Shown here piece by piece: positions 60,370-64,000 of a stretch of DNA of 64,000 nucleotides. The position numbers and the translations under genes were made by a program. A model generated the notes under the pieces. It worked only from the letters and a program-made list of their open reading frames with translations, ran no database searches and had not been told where the DNA came from. This stretch comes from Gemmatimonadota bacterium. Its GTDB lineage: Bacteria; Gemmatimonadota; Gemmatimonadetes; Longimicrobiales; Gaopeijiaceae. The first letter of the stretch is position 1. Each line of letters opens with the position of its first letter. Location: contig JAXHMG010000003.1 of the NCBI GenBank assembly GCA_034521595.1, positions 1,312,001 through 1,376,000 on the forward strand, in the 5' to 3' direction.

Positions 60370-60719
60370 TTGTCGGCGTCCTGAATCACGTCTTCCTCGA
60401 TCGTTCCGTAGGCCTCTTTGATGCGCACGACCAGACTGAGCCCCACCGCCAGCGTCGCGACGCCCACGACGATCGCCGTGAGAATGAGCACGTGTGGAAG
60501 GGGGTTCGAGTAGACCACCGAACCTTCCCCGTCGATCAGGATGGGCGCGGTGCCGCCGGTCACTTTCCCCATGCTTATATACATGATGAAGACCGAGGTC
60601 TGGAAGATGTTCAGACCGATGAGCTTCTTCACCAGATTGCCGCGGGCGATGAGGGTGTAAAAACCCAGCATCATGAGGATGACGACCGCCCAGTAGTTGA
60701 AGAGTCCGAGCGCCTCCAT
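60366..60719 (-). CDS. mrpC: Mrp antiporter subunit C
   Basis: NLVKKLIGL, NPLPHVLILTAIVVG. Confidence 0.95.
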   Translation of the reverse strand: MEALGLFNYWAVVILMMLGFYTLIARGNLVKKLIGLNIFQTSVFIMYISMGKVTGGTAPILIDGEGSVVYSNPLPHVLILTAIVVGVATLAVGLSLVVRIKEAYGTIEEDVIQDADK

Positions 60720-61138
60720 CAGCTCCTCCTTCGGCCGGCGAAAGCGTAGAACAGGCCCACCATCACACCGAAGACGGTGACGAGCACACCGAACTCGATG
60801 GCGAGGATGCCGTAGTGCTGTCCGTGGGACGGGTCGTGGGCGAGCACGTCGTAGTCGAGGTAGTTGCCGCCCAGCGCCATCGTGACGAAGCCCGTCCCCG
60901 CGAAGATGAAGAGGCCGAGCGCCCCGCAGATGTAGGGGACCACGGGCGGCAGCACCCGCAGCGCCCTCGCCAACCCATAGACCAGCGCGTAGAGGATGAA
61001 GGCGGCGGCGAAGATGACGCCCGCCTGAAAGCCCCCTCCCGGGCTGTAGTCGCCATGGAACTGGACGTAGAGCGCGAAGATCATGATGAACGGGGTCAGG
61101 ATCTTCGAGCAGATCCGCACGATGACGCGGTCATCCAT
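60719..61138 (-). CDS. mrpB: Mrp antiporter subunit B
   Basis: HGDYSPGGGFQAG, IEFGV. ATG 61138 overlaps the upstream gene. Confidence 0.93.
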   Translation of the reverse strand: MDDRVIVRICSKILTPFIMIFALYVQFHGDYSPGGGFQAGVIFAAAFILYALVYGLARALRVLPPVVPYICGALGLFIFAGTGFVTMALGGNYLDYDVLAHDPSHGQHYGILAIEFGVLVTVFGVMVGLFYAFAGRRRS

Positions 61139-61769
61139 GGTCCGTCTCTCCTTCCCGGCCTTCGGCATCCAGCTCTTCTCGCGAGGCCGGCGTCCCCGTG
61201 TCGGCCTCGAACGCGCTGGGATGGAGGTCCACCGTACGGTGCTGGTCGGACCGCCCGCGCGCGAGGATGAGGAGCACCCCGACCAACGCGGTGAAGACCA
61301 CGGCGACCTCGCCCATCGTGTCGAACCCGCGATAGGAGCCGAGCACGACGGTCACGATATTGGGGATCCCGACCTCGTCGTACGACTCCTCGAGGTAGTA
61401 GGGAGCGACGTGCTGATGCGCCGGGTTGTCCGGGTTCCCGAACGCGGGCATGTCGAGCGACCCGTAGATGAGGATCGCGCCCGTGACGACGGTGACGAAC
61501 AGCGGCACGATCGGCCGGTGCCTCGGTGCCGCCTCTTCGCTTCCGACCAGCGCCAACGTGCCCAGCATGAGAATGGTCGAGATCCCGGCACCGACCGCGG
61601 CTTCCGTGAAGGCCACGTCCATGGCGTCCATGGTCACGAACAGTCCCGCCGTGAGGACACTGTAGATGGCCATGAGCATGGTGGCGCCGAACAGGTTACG
61701 GACGCGCACCACGGCCACGGCCGTGACGGCCAGCATGATCAGGAGCGTGATGTCGACGACCGTGATCAT
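61131..61769 (-). CDS. DUF4040 / MrpB-related subunit (MrpA C-terminal-like)
   Basis: DVAFTEAAVGAG, NIVTVVLGSYRGFDTMGE. Confidence 0.92.
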   Translation of the reverse strand: MITVVDITLLIMLAVTAVAVVRVRNLFGATMLMAIYSVLTAGLFVTMDAMDVAFTEAAVGAGISTILMLGTLALVGSEEAAPRHRPIVPLFVTVVTGAILIYGSLDMPAFGNPDNPAHQHVAPYYLEESYDEVGIPNIVTVVLGSYRGFDTMGEVAVVFTALVGVLLILARGRSDQHRTVDLHPSAFEADTGTPASREELDAEGREGETDHG

Positions 61770-62092
61770 GATGCACCCGTCCCTTCACCGGCCGTATCTG
61801 CTCTTCGGCTGGCGGTTACTACCGCGCGTGCGAGGGCGTGCGAGGCAATGGGGGCGGTGAAGAGCAGGAAGCCGTACACGAATAGAAGACGGACGAGCAC
61901 CATCCAGTCGGTCGTTTGGAGGCACATGCCCAGAATGAGCAGGCCCGCGCCCATGGTGTCGGTCATCCCGGCGGGATGCAGGCGGCTCAAGACGTCCGGC
62001 ATGCGGAGAATCCCGATGGTCCCCACGATCATGAAAAAGAGGCCGCCCACGATGAATATCCAGCTCAGCAGGTCGAGCACGGCTTCCATCAC
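61766..62092 (-). CDS. mrpG: Mrp antiporter subunit G
   Basis: GILRMPDVLSRLH, TAPIASHALARA. Confidence 0.94.
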   Translation of the reverse strand: MMEAVLDLLSWIFIVGGLFFMIVGTIGILRMPDVLSRLHPAGMTDTMGAGLLILGMCLQTTDWMVLVRLLFVYGFLLFTAPIASHALARAVVTASRRADTAGEGTGAS

Positions 62093-62376
62093 TCGCCTCC
62101 GCTTCCGAGTGGCTCGGCGCCGTGTCCGAGGTCTCGAAACTCGAAGAACTTCAGGACCGCGAGCGTCCCGATGAAGTTGATGAGCGCGTAGACGAGAGAG
62201 AGGTCGAGGAACTCCGGCCGCTCCGTGAGGAAACCGAGGACCCCGATCAAGAGCACCATCTTGGTACCGAAGATGTTCACGCCGAGCACGCGGTCGTAGA
62301 CGGTCGGGCCGATCACGGCGCGCACGAGCGCCAACGACATGCTCACCAGGACTCCGAGCGCCGCGACGAAAAACAT
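62089..62376 (-). CDS. mrpF: Mrp antiporter subunit F
   Basis: RAVIGPTVYDRV, LVYALINFIGT. The true start is ATG 62376. Confidence 0.93.
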   Translation of the reverse strand: MFFVAALGVLVSMSLALVRAVIGPTVYDRVLGVNIFGTKMVLLIGVLGFLTERPEFLDLSLVYALINFIGTLAVLKFFEFRDLGHGAEPLGSGGE

Positions 62377-62846
62377 CACCGGCCCTCGACCCACGACACG
62401 CGACGTGACATCCTGCCGCCCGTCGTATCGGGATCCTCGCCGGAGAGCACGTGGATCTCGATGGTACCGCCGTCGATCGCCGTCGTCACCGTGCCCGGCG
62501 TGAGCGTCACCGAGTTTCCGAAGATCACCCGCCCGAGGTCGGTCTCGAGAGGAAGGGGATAGCGCTGGAGCTTCGGTCGGATGGGCAGTCGCGGATCGAG
62601 GACCGTCCGCGCCATGGCGACGTTCGACAAGAAGACTTCCTTCAGGAGCCACGGCAGGTACACCAGGAACCGAGCCCCCACCTGCAGTGGGAGCCCTTCT
62701 TCGTCGACCACGTCCATGCGACGAGCGATATAGACGACGAGAATGCACGACGCGGCTCCGAGCCCGAGGAGCAGCGGCGTATAGTGCCCCGAGAGAAGCA
62801 GCCAGAAACCGTACAGTATCGCGCCCAATCCGAGCGATCGGAGCAA
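62376..62846 (-). CDS. mrpE: Mrp antiporter subunit E
   Basis: FWLLLSG, NSVTLTPGTVT, IHVL. Confidence 0.93.
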   Translation of the reverse strand: MLRSLGLGAILYGFWLLLSGHYTPLLLGLGAASCILVVYIARRMDVVDEEGLPLQVGARFLVYLPWLLKEVFLSNVAMARTVLDPRLPIRPKLQRYPLPLETDLGRVIFGNSVTLTPGTVTTAIDGGTIEIHVLSGEDPDTTGGRMSRRVSWVEGR

Positions 62847-62918
62847 GTTTGACTCCCTGCTGAAACGTTCAGGCCGATGGGCGCACGCGCCCCTGCAGGC
62901 GGAAAATGCGCGCGGAAT

Positions 62919-63491
62919 CTACCAGTTCGATTGTGCTCCGTCCACAATCGCCTGCACGAGCTGATCGATCGCCTCTCTTCGCCCCTCTTCTTCGGGAGCG
63001 CCCTCGGCGAACAGCCCCTGAGCCGTTTCGCTGCCGGACTCCCACAGGATCACGTTCTCGACCCGGTCGACGATCTCGACCCGGATCGCGATGCGGACCT
63101 CGCGCTGAAGCACCTCCGCCGCCGCCCCGCCCGCCCCCGCCCGGTAGTTCGGCGCCTGGACGTCGTATCGGGTCACCGAACCACGCACGACCGCGTCGGC
63201 CACGTTCAGGCCGGCGGTGTTCACGCCGAGGGCCCCGGGGAGGCTCCGGACCAACTCGTCGTACAGCTCGCCGGCCACTTCGAACCGATCCGTTTCGTTC
63301 TCGAACGGCTCGATCGCGATAGTCCGTACGTGCGGTGGCGGAAACGATCCGGCCTGGAAGGAATAGTTGCACGCGGTCGGGACGACGGCGAGGAGCGCGG
63401 CCGCTGCCGGCATGATCACACCCCGGATCCTCGACCGAAGCCGCAACCCGCCTCGCGGGGCCAAGTCGGGTTTGCAAGGAGAGCGGTACAT
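62919..63491 (-). CDS. lptE: LptE-family LPS assembly lipoprotein
   Basis: TAC-NYSF lipobox, VRTIAIEPFENET, C-terminal helix ending NW. The start may be later (e.g. 63413). Confidence 0.8.
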   Translation of the reverse strand: MYRSPCKPDLAPRGGLRLRSRIRGVIMPAAAALLAVVPTACNYSFQAGSFPPPHVRTIAIEPFENETDRFEVAGELYDELVRSLPGALGVNTAGLNVADAVVRGSVTRYDVQAPNYRAGAGGAAAEVLQREVRIAIRVEIVDRVENVILWESGSETAQGLFAEGAPEEEGRREAIDQLVQAIVDGAQSNW

Positions 63492-63498
63492 GGATGGG

Positions 63499-64000
63499 TC
63501 AGCCCGTCGGGTGCCAGATTGCCTCGGGAAACGGCTCGACCGCTTCCACGGACTCTCGGGTGAGCTGAAGCTCCCGAAAATCGGTGTGATGACGGTAGGT
63601 CGCCCCGGTGGGATATCGCCCCGAATCCGAGAACGACAGAGCCACTTCCTCGACGACCCGGCCTCGCTCGAGGAGTTCCACTCGGGTCAAGACACCATCG
63701 CGGGTCTGGTAGTGGAGCTCCGTCCCGTTCGGGTAGGCGTACCGGAGCCGCACCGCGCCTCCTTCGAGCCGATCCCCGCCGGCCAACCGAGCCTCGGGTC
63801 CGGGCCGCACGACGCCGAGCGCCCCCCACATGAGGTCCGGCGGCGGCAGAAAGTCGTCGGGAGCGCCGGGAGGCATGCGAACCTCCCCCGCCACCAGCGC
63901 GGCCCGGAGCACGGTTTCACCGTTCGCGAGGAACAGGTCGAGACGAGCCCGATCCGGCGGCTCGACACGGGCGACGCCACGGCCGTCCGCGCGCACGCCG
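63499..64000 (-). CDS. Hypothetical protein, 5' end outside the window (LolA/LolB-like beta-sheet possible)
   Basis: Open frame to the window edge: GVARVEPPDRARLDLFL...PPPDLMWGALG. Confidence 0.75.
   Translation of the reverse strand, partial: GVRADGRGVARVEPPDRARLDLFLANGETVLRAALVAGEVRMPPGAPDDFLPPPDLMWGALGVVRPGPEARLAGGDRLEGGAVRLRYAYPNGTELHYQTRDGVLTRVELLERGRVVEEVALSFSDSGRYPTGATYRHHTDFRELQLTRESVEAVEPFPEAIWHPTG

Noticed and set aside
1-64000. CRISPR arrays, tRNA, rRNA and selenocysteine read-through
   Set aside because: No regularly spaced repeats or RNA gene signatures were seen by eye, and the molybdoenzyme uses Cys with no in-frame TGA. A covariance-model scan was not possible.

Overview
GC-rich bacterial window. 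The gene content (LptE, RfaE2, many Sec/lipoprotein signals, DUF4159, group-3-like Mrp) suggests a diderm, possibly Gemmatimonadota; this is inference. 1-3.3 kb is a decayed or error-rich patchwork: a frameshifted exported protein, a frameshifted and truncated Tat amidase, an N-terminally truncated Mrr and a lipoprotein fragment. 3.4-9.5 kb is a tetrathionate-reductase-like molybdoenzyme locus compressed into two fusion proteins, polyferredoxin-TtrB and TtrC-TtrA, each with an INTERNAL twin-arginine motif. It is followed by an ISL3 remnant, SRAP, a heme c/copper-monooxygenase fusion and a DUF2235 lipase. 15.0-31.5 kb is the main candidate for an undescribed system: a tightly packed four-gene operon of very large proteins without signal peptides. 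It encodes a lectin-like propeller protein, a ~2500 aa beta-rich DUF6603-like protein with an embedded OmpA-like domain, an Fn3-like repeat protein and a protein with an apparently dead phospholipase D fold, and it is divergent from the DUF2235 lipase. 31.6-64 kb is mostly core or metabolic: spmA-spmB-mpl, ggt, ldcA, FAH, NUDIX, diheme cytochrome c, GltD-like/nifJ/DHOD-like, rdgB-rph-rfaE2, a degenerate hemC, an Mrp antiporter operon and lptE. No rRNA, tRNA or CRISPR array was seen. All family calls come from motifs read by eye, not from database searches.
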